From Octopus sinensis (lineage: Eukaryota), in NCBI RefSeq assembly GCF_006345805.1, contig NC_043007.1:50840001-50904000 (forward strand): a stretch of 64,000 bases of DNA, read 5' to 3'. The notes under the pieces were generated by a model. The model had not been told where the DNA came from and ran no database searches. It was given only the letters and a program-made list of their open reading frames with translations. A program made the position numbers and the translations under genes. Below, in pieces: positions 1-13,752 of this stretch (positions within the stretch are counted from its first letter, which is position 1; every line of letters starts with the position of its first letter).

Positions 1-897
1 CAACAGGCAGCGAAACCAACGTGCTGGCTGCGAGGATGGCCCTCGATCAACACCTCAACGCCAAACACGAAGGTTGCGTCGTCAGAGCTAAAATTAGCCT
101 TGAGGAACGAAGGGATCGAAGCTGCGCGAGAGGCCCGAGTAGCGGAGGCGCAACGTGGCAACAGAGCCACCATTCGGTCTCTAATAGATCAACAGGGATG
201 CAATTTACTCGAACCTGAAAGGATGTGTGAGGCCTTTCAACAGCACTTTGCTCGACTGTTTGGTGCGAGTGGTGGGTCGGAACACGGAATGGACTTCAGT
301 GCCTACCTAACCGGCCTGCCGCGGCTCTCGGCAAGAGAAGCAGAGTGTTGTGAGAGACCCATCACAGCTGCCGACGTACAGGATGCGATGGGGGCTGCGC
401 GGGGGATAAGTCGCCTGGTTTGGATGGTCTACCCTACGAGCTGTATTGTCAAATGCCAGACTTATTTGGCGACCTCTTGGCATCCGTCTACTGCAACTGG
501 CAACAAAACGGGAGAATCCCCGGTTTCGTGAGCCGAGGTGCAGTGACGTTGCTGAAGAAAGACCCAAACAAGGGGAATTTTATAGATAACTTCAGGCCCA
601 TCACTCTGCTCAACGCAGATTTGAAAATTTTGGCCAAAGTAATAGCCGAGAGGTTGGCGCTTGTCATCGATAAACTGGTCGACAAGGCACAAACATGCGC
701 TGTGCCGGGCAGAACCATCCAGGACAACCTCCATCTGATTCTCTACATCGTGGACAGGGTAGTTAAGGATCCTGGCATGGGTGGGACGCTGATCAATTTG
801 GATCAGTCTAAAGCTTTCGATAGGGTCGACCATCGGTACCTAGCGGCCGTCCTCAGGGCCGCTGGCTTCGGTCCCGTCTTCCGCGGTTGGATCGCTG
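1..897 (+). mobile_element. Tx1/L1-clade non-LTR retrotransposon, reverse transcriptase N-terminal fragment (frameshifted, 3'-truncated)
   Basis: ORFs 100-531 and 420-929 give HFARLF, (P)GxDGLPYELY, NFRPITLLNADLKILAKV, GRTIQDN, LDQSKAFDRVDH and GFGPVFRGWI. These are L1/Tx1 RT motifs. There is a frameshift near 400-420 and homology stops at ~897. Confidence 0.88.
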
Positions 898-968
898 AGA
901 AAGACTTGCTGTTCATTCTACTTTCTTAGTACCATATACATACGTATTCACATACATACATATGTGTA

Positions 969-1110
<142 letters not shown>

Positions 1111-1338
1111 CACACGCATACAATAGATACATATGTATCTATATGCATGTGCACGCACTAAAATATACACACACAGTCACATACAAACATTCATTCTTGA
1201 TTGTGGCCATGCTAAAATATCACCTTTAGTCGAAGAAATCAACACCTGGACCTTCTTCGTAAGCCTGGTGCTTTTTTGCTGAACGGTTGTCAACCGATGG
1301 TGGAGGGACAAACACAGACACAAACACACAAATATATT

Positions 1339-1384
<46 letters not shown>

Positions 1385-1388
1385 TATA

Positions 1389-1783
1389 TACTCTTTACTC
1401 TTTACTCTTTACTCTTTTACTTGTTTCAGTCATTTGACTGCGGCCATGCTGGAGCACCGCCTTTAATCGAGCAACTCGACCCCGGGACTTACTCTTTTGT
1501 AAGCCCAGTACTTATTCTATCGGTCTCTTTTGCCGAACCGGGGACATAAACACACCAGCATCGGTTGTCAAGCAATGCTAGGGGGCAAACACAGACACAC
1601 AAACACACACACGCATATATATATACATATATACGACGGGCTTCTTTCAGTTTCCGTCTACCAAATCCACTCACAAGGCTTTGGTCGAGGCTATAGTAGA
1701 AGACACTTGCTTAAGGTGCCACGCAGTGGGATTGAACCCGGAACCATGTGGTTGGTAAACAAGCTACTTACCACACAGCCACT

Positions 1784-1786
<3 letters not shown>
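1389..1786 (-). mobile_element. SINE family A (Octopus OR-like, tRNA-derived, internal TA/TG microsatellite)
   Basis: Reverse complement has a tRNA-like head (A box TGGCTGTGTGG, B-box-like GGTTCAATCC), an internal microsatellite and an (AAAGAGTA)n tail. It matches many other copies in the window. Confidence 0.85.
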
Positions 1787-1818
<32 letters not shown>

Positions 1819-2039
1819 GACGGGCTGATAGTCAGCATTGGCCTCCGCAAGTGGCTGCGCTGGTGGTGAAATAAAGAGATTTCTTTCGAATAATGGAGTC
1901 CTGTTCGAAGAAATATTACAATTATCTCTTCTGGGGCCCCGACTAGCAGCTGCAGTTTTGCCTGCAGGCTGCAAGAGAACTGACAGGGTTGGTTGAAGAG
2001 ACTTGGTGTATCAGTCTGTGTAACAGGTTTATTACTACA

Positions 2040-2083
<44 letters not shown>

Positions 2084-2637
2084 GACAAAAGAAAATTTGC
2101 AATGGAATAATTATGAAAACTAAAGGCTTTGGTCCGCCAGAAACTATTGTAGAAGACATTTGCCCAAAGTGTCACGCAGTGGAACTGAACCCGAAACCAT
2201 GTGGTTGGGAAGCAGGTTTCTTAGCACACAGCCACACCTGTGTATCTATATACACCCACATACACCAATTCAAAGCTATAAGATCAACGCGCCCGCGTGT
2301 GCGCGTATGTGTGTATGCACTCACATGCATATCAAATATAGTGACACTAGTTCGTATGTGAGGAAAGCTAAAAAGGAGTTACGGTGCGAGTGACTCTTCT
2401 ACGTGTGAAAACCTATCTGAGACAGGTTTTCAAAATATTTAACAAATTACTCACTTCTCTGTTTTGTTTCTGCCGTAACAGACGTACACGTTTGTTTTCT
2501 TTATTGGGTGTGGATGTATATACATTTATATACACACATCCATACATACACACGTATGTATATGCATGTGAACCCGTGTGTATGTGTGTTATATATATAT
2601 AAATACACACACACACACATTTAGATGCATATATATG

Positions 2638-2710
<73 letters not shown>

Positions 2711-2720
2711 TATATATATT

Positions 2721-2775
<55 letters not shown>

Positions 2776-3545
2776 TCACACACGCACAAATATATATATG
2801 TATATATATATATACATATGAATATATGTGTGTGTGTCTATGCATAAATACGCATGTTTATACATGTAAATATATATATTTATATAGTTATGCATATATC
2901 CATGTATGTGTGCGTGCTATTTGTATTTGATGGTCATCCGGTGCTAATTTTCGTAAAATTTACTTTTATCTTGCATTCTATATTTACTTTGTTTTGTTAT
3001 TCTTATTCTTCTTGTTGTTGTTGTCGTTGTTGTTGATTTGTCTTCGTCATGATGTTGTTGCGCTGTTGATTTTGTTCTTGTTTTTGTTGTTGCTGTACTT
3101 TTCTTAAATGACTGTTATATGTTTGAAAAACATGTGTTGTAACTATATTATTTTTCGAACTATAAATATAAGATGCCCTTTCTGACTTCTATTGCTATGG
3201 GCAATTTTCAGGACCTTTAGGTGGGGGAGGGTTGTTGATTACATCGACTCCAGTACTGACTGGAGTATCCTTTATTGAACCCGAAAGGGTGAAAGACAAA
3301 GTTGGTTCAGCATAATTTGAATTCAAAACGCAAGAAAAGGGAAGAATTAGCGCGGTAACTATTCTGCTAGTTCACCGCCTTAAAAACAACAACAATAATA
3401 AAAATGGTTTCAAGTTTTGATCGATCCCAGTGATTAACTGAATTTTATTTTATTGACTTCGAAGGGATGAAAGGCAAGGTCGACTTGTACTGAGGACGTA
3501 AAGGCAGATCCAGGCTATGACTACTTATACTAAATGGGACATCAG

Positions 3546-3596
<51 letters not shown>

Positions 3597-4030
3597 ACAA
3601 ACATAATCAAAGGCCTCCCAGCCATGATCGTTTCGTCAACCTTTTCAGATATAATGTAACTATATACATATACATTATCAAATATGTCATTTACAAAGAT
3701 ATTGTATGATGAAGATTTAGCTGTTATTTGCAGCATGACGAACCATATTTAACAGTTGTCTCTTGTCGATCCGTCAGTTAGTATGTGTGCGGATGCAGGG
3801 ATAAAGATTATACTTCTCTGAAGAGGTATAATAATATCAAAACCTATCCAAAGTTGCTTCCCCTTACTGCGAAGACCAAACTCTCTAATTAACTTTTATT
3901 TACTTAAAATTCTGGTTCAGAATTTCTCATTAAGCTAATTACTTCAGTTCATTAATATTTCTTGACTTATTATAATTTAAACATTATTAAGATATACAAC
4001 TTATTGACGTCTTTCATGCACTCCTTATTT

Positions 4031-4061
<31 letters not shown>

Positions 4062-4078
4062 TTATATGTGTGTGTATG

Positions 4079-4123
<45 letters not shown>

Positions 4124-4141
4124 ATACATACACACACACAC

Positions 4142-4200
<59 letters not shown>

Positions 4201-4202
<2 letters not shown>

Positions 4203-4368
4203 TATATGAAAGAATGGAGTTGAACGACTAGTTAACAAATATCCTTTATTCTCGACATATGTTTCGAAGGCTGCATATTCCTAATTCCGAAGGAATAAGG
4301 AGTACATTATGCAGGTATCGGTTATCTTTCGAATTATCCTTAATAAGATAATTCATTCAACTACTCAA
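4201..4368 (-). mobile_element. Short PLE-like tail with decayed hammerhead, between (TA)n tracts
   Basis: Minus strand reads GAAAC-ATAT-GTC (palindromic stem III, 4254-4265), preceded by a CTGCAT/ATGCAG stem II. The CUGANGA core is degraded. Confidence 0.5.
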
Positions 4369-4409
<41 letters not shown>

Positions 4410-4440
4410 CATATATATCGACATATATAATAATAATAAT

Positions 4441-5612
4441 ATTAGGGAGTATATCCAAACTTACAGGGAAAAATTAGATTTAGTATTTAGTATTAAATCA
4501 AATTTCACAGTATAAATATAAAATAAATTAGAGATAAAACCACTAAAACCAAAACATAAAAAAAATAAATAAATATAATTAATATAATATATAATATGTA
4601 TATAAAATATAAAATTTAAAATTTAAATTATTAAAATTTTTAATTTTTTAAAAATTTTATATTTTTAATTTTTTAATTTTTTGATTTTTTTAAATTTTTA
4701 AATTTTTTAAATTTTTAATTTTAAATTTTTTTTGTTTTAACTAACCCGAAAGTATAAAAAAGTTAAATATAATATAAGTAAAAGCACTACGTACGTTTCG
4801 TGGCTCTAATTAAATTCGAATTACAATTAAGTTTAAATTCAATTAAAAATTCGAATTAATTATGATAATAGTTAAATAAATAAGCAAATAGAGTTAAACA
4901 ATATTTTTTAAGAAATAAATAAAATAATAATTTTTCTTCTAAAAAAAAACTCTATTATCTAAATTAGAAACTTAAAACATTAGGATTATGTCATACAACC
5001 CATTTATTATGTTAATTATTAATTTTTAAGGTAAAAAAATAGATAGAAAAATGTATTTATCGATTAAGATATAATATGGCTTTAAAAAACATAAGAAACT
5101 CACGAATATCGTAAACTCAGTTATAGTCCAATATCTAATTACCAAATTATTTAACAAAATAATTACTATTCATATTTTTAAATTTATGTTCACATCTAAT
5201 AATAATAAAATATTTTAAAATAATAACTAAATTATTATCAACAAATATAATAATTAAGATCTAAAATTTACACTATCAATAAATATATAGACATATAATG
5301 AAAAATAAATAAATTAATTAGTCCATTATTACTTACGTAAATATTAAATATTAATATAATATATTTATGAAATACATTAAAAATTAAAGATTAAAAAGCA
5401 AATTATAAACGTATAACCTATCTTAAAAGAACGGTATAACTATTTAACGATCTATATATCTCGTTTTAAAATTTTAATAATTAAAATTTTAAATTTTATA
5501 TTTTATATATATATTATATTTTATATTAATTATATATATTTTTTGTTTTTTATGTTTTGGTTTATGTCTATCACTGTTTGAGTTGCCTAATAGTGGTTTT
5601 ATCTCTAATTTA
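4441..5612. mobile_element. Extremely AT-rich inverted-repeat-bounded remnant, probably PLE-derived
   Basis: Arms ~4520-4637 and ~5466-5612 are reverse complements (AAATTAGAGATAAAACCACT / AGTGGTTTTATCTCTAATTT); the left arm lacks 27 bp. A hammerhead half-motif GAAAC-GTAC-GTA lies on the minus strand at 4788-4799. The interior is ~17% GC. Confidence 0.55.
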
Positions 5613-5628
5613 ATTTATATATACATGC

Positions 5629-5660
<32 letters not shown>

Positions 5661-5681
5661 TATACATACATACATACACAC

Positions 5682-5685
<4 letters not shown>

Positions 5686-5748
<63 letters not shown>

Positions 5749-5785
5749 TAATAATAATAATAATATATAATAATAATAATATAAC

Positions 5786-5839
<54 letters not shown>

Positions 5840-5840
5840 T
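5686..5840. repeat. (AAT)n microsatellite
   Basis: Directly visible; explains the poly-Tyr/poly-Ile ORFs. Confidence 0.98.
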
Positions 5841-5841
5841 A

Positions 5842-6162
5842 AAAGGGTAAAGACCCCCTTCGGTCATGAATGACCATGGGATTGCACCTAGAAAGTTACC
5901 CTCCTAGACACAAGTCCGGGCAAGGTTGTTTATGGAAGACCAGCAGTCGCCCATGCATACCAGCCTCCCCTCTCCACGCCACCAGTGTTATCCAAGGGAA
6001 AGACAAAGGTCGATGCAACTCATTTCTACAACTGAGTAAACTGGAGCAACGTGAAATAAAGTGCCTTGCTCAAGAACACAACACGCAGCCCGGTCCGGGA
6101 TTCGAGCTCACAACCTCACGATCTTAAGCTCGACGCTCTAACCACTGAGCCATGCGCCTTCA
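5842..6162 (-). mobile_element. SINE family B (tRNA head TGAAGGCGCATGGCTCAGTGG)
   Basis: A box TGGCTCAGTGG and B-box variant GAGCTCGAATCC on the minus strand. Body homologous to 7081-7370. Confidence 0.85.
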
Positions 6163-6319
6163 ATATATGTATATATACATATAATGTAGATGGTGGTGTT
6201 TACCTACAGACGTACGCAATGCAATTCTAAATTAAGTGAAAGCTATTTTATTAGCTAGGTCTGGCGGAAAGGACAAAACCCAAAGCCACCGAGATTGATG
6301 AGATCAGTGTGGTTAATGC

Positions 6320-6600
6320 CATTAACGTTTTCATTTCAACTGCTGCAAGTCGATGACTGCAGAAAAGATGCTAGCTGAAATCAAATTCCACAGGGTGAAT
6401 ATTTGGGAAGCAAGAATTGGATATTGAAGTTATTGTGGGAAGGAGGTGGAGAAATTAACATGGATGATCAGAGGAGGATAGGCTAGTGTTTGATGATTGA
6501 AGGTGGTACGAAACCAGGTAGCTCTGAGGAATGAAAAACTACGGTATACTGCTTGAAAAAAGTACACAAATATCTTCAGGCAATTTTGAGCGAGTCTCAT
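6320..6600 (-). mobile_element. Degenerate CR1/L2-type LINE 3' coding remnant
   Basis: Manual minus-strand translation gives SELPGFVPP, NSCFP and LWNLISASIFSAVIDLQQLK, resembling the C-terminal LWNxLP..F...dL..FK..VN motif. Confidence 0.45.
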
Positions 6601-6883
6601 TGAAAAGAGGAGACAAACTTTATATATGAGCTACTATATAGATTTTTTGAAAATCTGCTCAAAAGGAAATGAAAGATATGTCATAGAATGTCGGGTGAAA
6701 CTACCCCTTGGACGGAAAGTAGTGAACAGAACACCTTATAGGAATCGAACCGAGGCAGATGCAATACCAGTGTGCTCGTGGGACCCTAACAAATTGTAGT
6801 CTTCGAATTAGAAGCTTCATTCGAGAGAGCGAGAAAGGGAATAAATTTGTTTTGGCTTCTATTAGCAATTTGAAAATAAGTTT

Positions 6884-6985
6884 AAGAACATGTTTAAAAG
6901 GTTAGCATATTAAGAACATGTTTAAAATGTTAGCATATTAAAACATGTTGGTTGCATATTAGAACATATTAGAATATGTTTGATT
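6884..6985. repeat. Short degenerate tandem repeat (~28-bp unit AGAACATGTTTAAAAxGTTAGCATATTA)
   Basis: Two good and two or three decayed units are visible. Confidence 0.75.
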
Positions 6986-7080
6986 AAAGTATAATTATTT
7001 TATAGTATCTGATCATCAAAAGTGTTCAAGATATGATCATCCTATATTCTTTTCTTTTACAGTGTATTTGGCAATATCAG

Positions 7081-7370
7081 TGAAGGCGCATGGCTCAGTG
7101 GTTAGAGCGTCGAGCTTACGATCGTGAGGTTGTGAGCTCGAATCCCGGACCGGGTTGCGTGTTGTGTTCTTGAACAAGACACTTTATTTCACGTCGCTCC
7201 AGTTAACGGGTTCCAAGCTGTATCGGCTGTTGCCTTTCCCTTGGATAACACTGGTGGCGTGGAGAGGGGCGACTGCTGGTCTTCCATAAACCACCTTGCC
7301 CAGACTTGTGACTAGGAGAGTAACTTTCCAGGTGCAATCCCATGGTCAGTGTCGTGACCGAAGGGGGCCC
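7081..7370 (+). mobile_element. SINE family B
   Basis: tRNA-like head with A and B boxes; inverted homologue of 5842-6162 with an internal deletion. Confidence 0.85.
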
Positions 7371-8795
7371 CAACAAACCAACCAACCAGTTATATCAGTC
7401 AATGTTAGTTTCTTTTAAGATTTCAGAAGTGTAAGTAGATTTGACTGTTATTTCTAGCAGTTGAATCAACGAGATTACAGCTTGTATCATTATTGAAGAT
7501 ACAATTTGTGGCTCGTTCCCTGTACGTTTACAGTTAAAATCCCGCAAGAATTTTATTTCAACTGGTATTAGTGAACAATAAGTTTACTACAGACAGCCAT
7601 GGTGTGACTAACAAGCGAGTGCCTGTAAGTCGATGCAGAACAAATATTTCAATGGAATTTGTTCACAAAGCAGCGGATTTTCAATTTCTTAGAAGTACAA
7701 ATACACACACGCATACACACACACACACATATACACGCACGCACACACGTATACGTGTTCACACACGCACTCACACACACATACACACACACAAATGCAC
7801 ATAGTTACAATACATGCAAGTTGTCACACACAGTCATACACAACCACGGACACACAGATACACACACACGCTCACGCACAGGCACACACGCGCACGCATT
7901 CACACAAACACACACACATACAGACACACACACGCATACACGCGCGCACAAACTTAAACACACACATACACACACACACACACGCATGCACACACATGTG
8001 TGTGTGTGTGGCTGATAGGGAATGTAGGTTATTCGTGTAATGTGGATTAGGAGTTATTTGTCGTTTGAGATTGTATTAAGTATTGGTAGCTAAGTATTTC
8101 ACGGCCAATCTATTATCTACTGCAACTTACCCCAGTCTACCCTAGTACCACCCTTACTAAACCACCACCACCACCACCATCACTATACAACCATCTCCTT
8201 CAGAACTACTCATCTGTTTGTAGATATTTTCAGAGATAAATTCCACCATTCATGTCCTAAAATAATCTTCTACAATGATGCTGTGTGTGTATGCGTGAGT
8301 TGGTGTGTTTATACACGTGCGATATGTATAGATGCGGCATGCGCGGGTATTTTTTCTTTATGTGTGTGTGTGTGTGTGTGTGTGTCTGAGTGTATGCTTA
8401 CATGAATGGATGATTATACGTGAGCATATAACCTCTGTGTGCGTTTGTGCATGTGTGTATGTACACGTGTGAGACCGTTTATATGAACGTATGATCAATG
8501 CTTTTTTGTGTGAGTGTGTGTGTATTTGTGTATAAGTGTCCGACAGTGCTGCTTTTATGGCAGAGATTTTCAAGTAATTCGTATAATTAAAACAAAAAAG
8601 CAGGCGAGTAAAGGGAAAATACTCAAATGGACTAACGGCACGTATTCATTTATTTATTTTCAAGAGAAATGACTTTGTAAATGCTACGGTGGTCGTGCAA
8701 GAAAGATGGTGGTGAGGGTAATGACGAGAAAGAGAAAGAAAGAGAGAGATACAAAGAAAGAGGGAGAGAGAAAGAAAGACAGAGAGAGGTTATGA

Positions 8796-8835
<40 letters not shown>

Positions 8836-9356
8836 TTTGGTGGTGGTGGTGGTGGTGGTGGTGATGGTGGTGGTGTCGGGAGATTGTGTTGTTGGGAGGT
8901 GGCGTTAGGGGAGGTTACGGAGTGAATATCGACAATAAAAAGGATAGAGATAAAAAAAAATGAGAGAGAGAGGGAATGGGGTGAGAGAGAAACCTTGTTT
9001 CAGAGCAAAAGTGATAAACATCAAATCATCAAAATGGCGGCGGGAATTGGATAAATGAGGTGGATGGAAGAGGAGAGGCGTGAGCGCCATGGTATTATAC
9101 AGCTTGGGTGGGGATGGGAGAGATGAGTTGGAGGGAGTAGAGTGGAGTGATAGAAACGAATAAAGAAAGATAACTGGTGTTTGAAGATTGGTAGACGTGA
9201 TAACTACCTATACATACACACCCATACACCTTTCTGCCTATATAACCATACACCTATCCATGTACCGACATACACACACTTGTACCTATAGAGCTACCAA
9301 CACGATACATACATACAAACATACATACACACCCTAACCACAAAGTCATGTGCCTG

Positions 9357-9625
9357 GAAGGCGTATGGCTTAGTGGTTAGGAGGTCACACGATTGCAAGA
9401 TCGTAGCTTCGATTCCCAGATCTGGTGTTGCGAGGTGTTCTCGAGCAAAACACTTCATTTTCCATTGCTCTGAAATCATTTCATCATCTGATTGGAGGCA
9501 CGTCGTGCACCTGTACAGATAATGTCGCGATTTGATGGCTGGAATGAGTTTATATGATCACAAACATTTGATCACTATAAGCTAAGCATTCTGTGTGATT
9601 GTTCAGCAATAAATTGCAAGACCCT
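9357..9625 (+). mobile_element. SINE family B-related, diverged
   Basis: Head GAAGGCGTATGGCTTAGTGGTTAGG..CTTCGATTCC followed by GTGTTCTCGAGCAAAACACTTCATTT. Confidence 0.65.
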
Positions 9626-9626
9626 T

Positions 9627-9882
<256 letters not shown>

Positions 9883-9976
9883 AATTTAACCGTTAAGGGT
9901 ATTTTTTGATATGCTGGCCATTGATAAAAATTTTTTTTTCGAAAAAATTTTATCCTACATTAGTTATATATATATA

Positions 9977-10385
9977 GGCGCAGGAGAGGCTGTGTGGTAA
10001 GTAGCTTGCTAACCAACCACATGGCTCCGGGTTCAGTCCCACTGCGTGGCATCTTGGGCAAGTGTCTTCTGCTATAGCCCCGGGCCGACCAATGCCTTGT
10101 GAGTGGATTTGGTAGACGGAAACTGAAAGAAGATGTTGTAAATATGTATATATATATATGTGTGTGTGTGTGTTTGTGTGTCTGTGTTTGTCCCCCTAGC
10201 ATCGATTGACAACCGATGCTGGTGTGTTTACGTCCCCGTTACTTAGCGGTTCGGCAAAAAAGAGACCGATAGAATAAGTACTGGGCTTACAAAGAATAAG
10301 TCCCGGGGTCGAGTTTGCTCGATTAAAGGCGGTGCTCCAGCATGGCCGCAGTCAAATGACTGAAACAAGTAAAAGAGAAAGAAAG
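9977..10385 (+). mobile_element. SINE family A, full length
   Basis: GGCGCAGGAGAGGCTGTGTGGTAAG head, GGGTTCAGTCC B box, internal microsatellite, AAAAGAG tail. Confidence 0.9.
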
Positions 10386-10437
<52 letters not shown>

Positions 10438-10512
10438 GTGATCTCTTGAGCACCACCAGCAAAAAATTTTTTTTCCGCTGTCTTCCCTTCTCGGGATCTT
10501 TCCTTCTTCTTT

Positions 10513-10547
10513 GTTTCCGACGAAGAGCTCCGCTCGAAATGTTAAAC
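10513..10547 (+). ncRNA. Minimal type I hammerhead-like motif, core CCGACGA (U4C), in PLE-like tail 10467-10628
   Basis: GTTT|CCGACGA|A GAGC TCC GCTC|GAAA|TGT|T|AAAC: stem I GTTT/AAAC, stem II GAGC/GCTC. A sister copy is at 50093-50127. Confidence 0.65.
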
Positions 10548-10715
10548 CCTCCTTCCCTTCTTTCCTGAGCGTCAAATAATACTTTAATTGTTCCACGTCC
10601 TCGCGTTGCTGTGTTTTCTTGTTTGGATTAACTATATATATATATATATGTATATGTTTATATATGTATATATATATATATATATTTACATATATACATA
10701 TATATATATATATCC

Positions 10716-11068
10716 TTTAATTCTTTTACTTGTTCAGTCATTTAATTACGGCCATGCTGGAGCGCCGCCTCAAAGGTTTTTAGTCAAAGAAATTGAGCCC
10801 AAGACTTATTCTGTGTAAGCCTAGTACTCATTCTATCGGTATCTTTTGCCGAACCGTTAAAGTACGGGGACACTAGCATCGGATGGCAGGGGAACAACCA
10901 CAGGCACACACATATATGTGTACGACGTGTTTCTTTCAGTTTCTGTCTACTAAGGCTTTGGTCGGCACGCGGCAATAGTAGAAGACACTTGCCAAAGGTG
11001 TTACAGAGTGGGAATGAATCCGGAGCCATGCCGTAGGGAAGCAAGCTTCTTACCACACTGCCACGCCT
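10716..11068 (-). mobile_element. SINE family A, diverged
   Basis: Reverse-complement homology to 9977-10385. Confidence 0.8.
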
Positions 11069-11576
11069 ATATATAATAGTAGGTTTCAACATTTGATTCT
11101 GCACTGCATACCAGCTTTAAGTTACTGAGTTTATATTCGAAGATTATTATACGAGAAGGACATTCTTTATATAAATTATACTAATCTGATGTAAAGAGGA
11201 ATTCTACATGCGTATATAACTCTGGAATATATGCCACAGCAGGATGTCATTTGGTAACCAAATAACTACATAAGAGTTCTTATAGGCACGTTCGAGTTTT
11301 CCTCCCAAATTATATGTGTGTGCGTGTGTGTGTGTGTGTGTGTGTAGGCGCAGGCATGGTTGTGTGGTAAGAAGTTTATACATTATACAATAAACACACA
11401 CGCGCGTGCGCGCACACACACACACACGATGAATCCCATGAGTGGATTCTTCTTATGTGTATAAATGTACACTGTATTTTATGAGTAATACATAGTCTTT
11501 GGACTACACGCTAGGCCACTGGAAGTGAAAATTTCTATTAATTTCCATTTCCCTTCGATATGATTATATATATATA

Positions 11577-11607
<31 letters not shown>

Positions 11608-11635
11608 CTGTATATATATATATATATCTGTATAT

Positions 11636-11693
<58 letters not shown>

Positions 11694-12793
11694 AAGAGCG
11701 CGGTAGAGGGATTTTATCAGCACAACCACCACAACTATAGGCTGTTTCCATTAGTGAGAAATATCTATATTTTACAGTTAAGATAATGAATCTTGATTGA
11801 AAGTTTTTGCGACAGACAAATTACTGTCGATTTGTTGGTAAGTTCGACAAACAGTAAATTGTTGTTCATGATACCACATATACAGATTTATTTTATATTT
11901 AGTAACAGAGATAAATATCTATGTTAAGAAAGAGATACACATCTCACAAACTTTCTGTGTAAAATTATTTAAAATTACTAATCATTTTGGCTCCTTATTC
12001 ACTTTAAAATAGCCTGCATATTCACTTTAAAAGTACTTTAAAATGGCTGACATTCTGACATTTCAACCCACTTCTTAACTACAACAAATATATGTAAAAA
12101 TGTGTAATAATTGAGTTAAATTGAAGTTTTAATAAATTCCATTAAATATGTTCAAATTTATAACGAGGTTTTATGATTTCATTCCAAAGTAAATCCATAT
12201 TATTAAACTTCAATATTCTCTCAACCATATAAAATAGTTTAATTAAACTATTATAATTAATCCTCGTGGATTTTTTAAATCTTTTAATCAGGAAGGAAAG
12301 CAGTGTCCATGAGCATCGAGACTAGTGAAAGGTTATAAGTACTCATTCCCTTCTTACTCAAAAATAACAAAATTGAAGCGTAATTAGCCTGAATGTCTGC
12401 ATCAGAGAGTAGTGCATTAAAGACATGAAACTGGGTGAAACTGAGTGAGGGGTGAAGTCTACCACCGAAATAGGTGGCGGCGGTATTTGAACTCAAAACG
12501 CAAAGGGGTGGAAAACATTCTGTAAACACCCCATCCGATGTTCTTACAGTTCTAATTCTAATGCATCGCTTTGAATGAGTAGTTTTTTTTATCGATCCCG
12601 AACAGAGGAACAACAAAGTTGACCATTGCGAAATTTGTGCCGAGAATCACAAAAAAAGAGCGACAGAATAAGTACTAGCTAAGAAAAAAAAAGGTAGGGC
12701 GCAAGTACTGAATGCGATTCCTTCGACTAAAATTCCACAAGACCGTGCCCCAGCATGGTCGTAGTCTAATGACTCAAAAAAGAAAAAATATAT

Positions 12794-12840
<47 letters not shown>

Positions 12841-13708
12841 AATTTACGAAATATTACTTCCAATGGTGTGAGAATATATGTGCATAAATTAATGCTCAGA
12901 ACGACTCGCAGCCTCAACTCCAACTTGCATTGAAACTACATTAAAACAAGGAGGTTATAGGCAGAGTTTCGATTGAGCAGGTACGTGTGAAATGGAGTAA
13001 AAAAATTAACAAGCAAACAACTGGCATCATAGAATATTCTTCCTGTTCCCTACAAATTCTAACATGTACGTGATCATTTATTAACCTCTTGTGATTTGTT
13101 CTCCTGTAACATTCATTTCTACCCTCAAAGTTTTTTCACTGTTTAAATACGTAAATGTCTTTATCTGACCAGTTCCTTGCATTTTATACATTTGTAGTAT
13201 ATCTTAATATATAAAACAGAGTTTGTGCGAGCGTGTGTGTGTGTGCGGCGTGCGTATGTTCCTTATAGATTCGAAATCTGAGGTGTCTATTTTGACGTAT
13301 GCCGTATATCAAAATATTCTTTAATCGTTCAGCTACCAAACAAAGTATTTGTTTTGTACAACAACTCTTTTTTACTACAAAAATAACCTCGAAAACGAGG
13401 TCGGGTCGCCCAGTTTTGAGGTCTTTACCAAAGGGAGGCAACTCTGCCTGAACTATCAGGGAATGAAACTTCGAAGATATACCGTCAACTTTATTAGTAT
13501 TATTTAGTAGATACTCTTTCATGTGAAGTATGTTTGGCTATGTTTTGTTTAGCCCAGAGTTGCCGTTGATGTAGCAAATCCATGCTTAGTTTTTTTTTCT
13601 TGAACTACTGAAATTCTGTGTCTTTCTTTTGGTGAAAGGGAGTGTTTAAGAGAGATTTGTCTGCTATTTGTAGTAGCTCGAGTTACCACAGACGCACATG
13701 CGTGTGCG

Positions 13709-13752
<44 letters not shown>

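Noticed and set aside
13184-13522. 112-aa minus-strand ORF (MKEYLLNN...)
   Set aside because: No recognisable motifs, it runs into a microsatellite, and there are no convincing splice signals.
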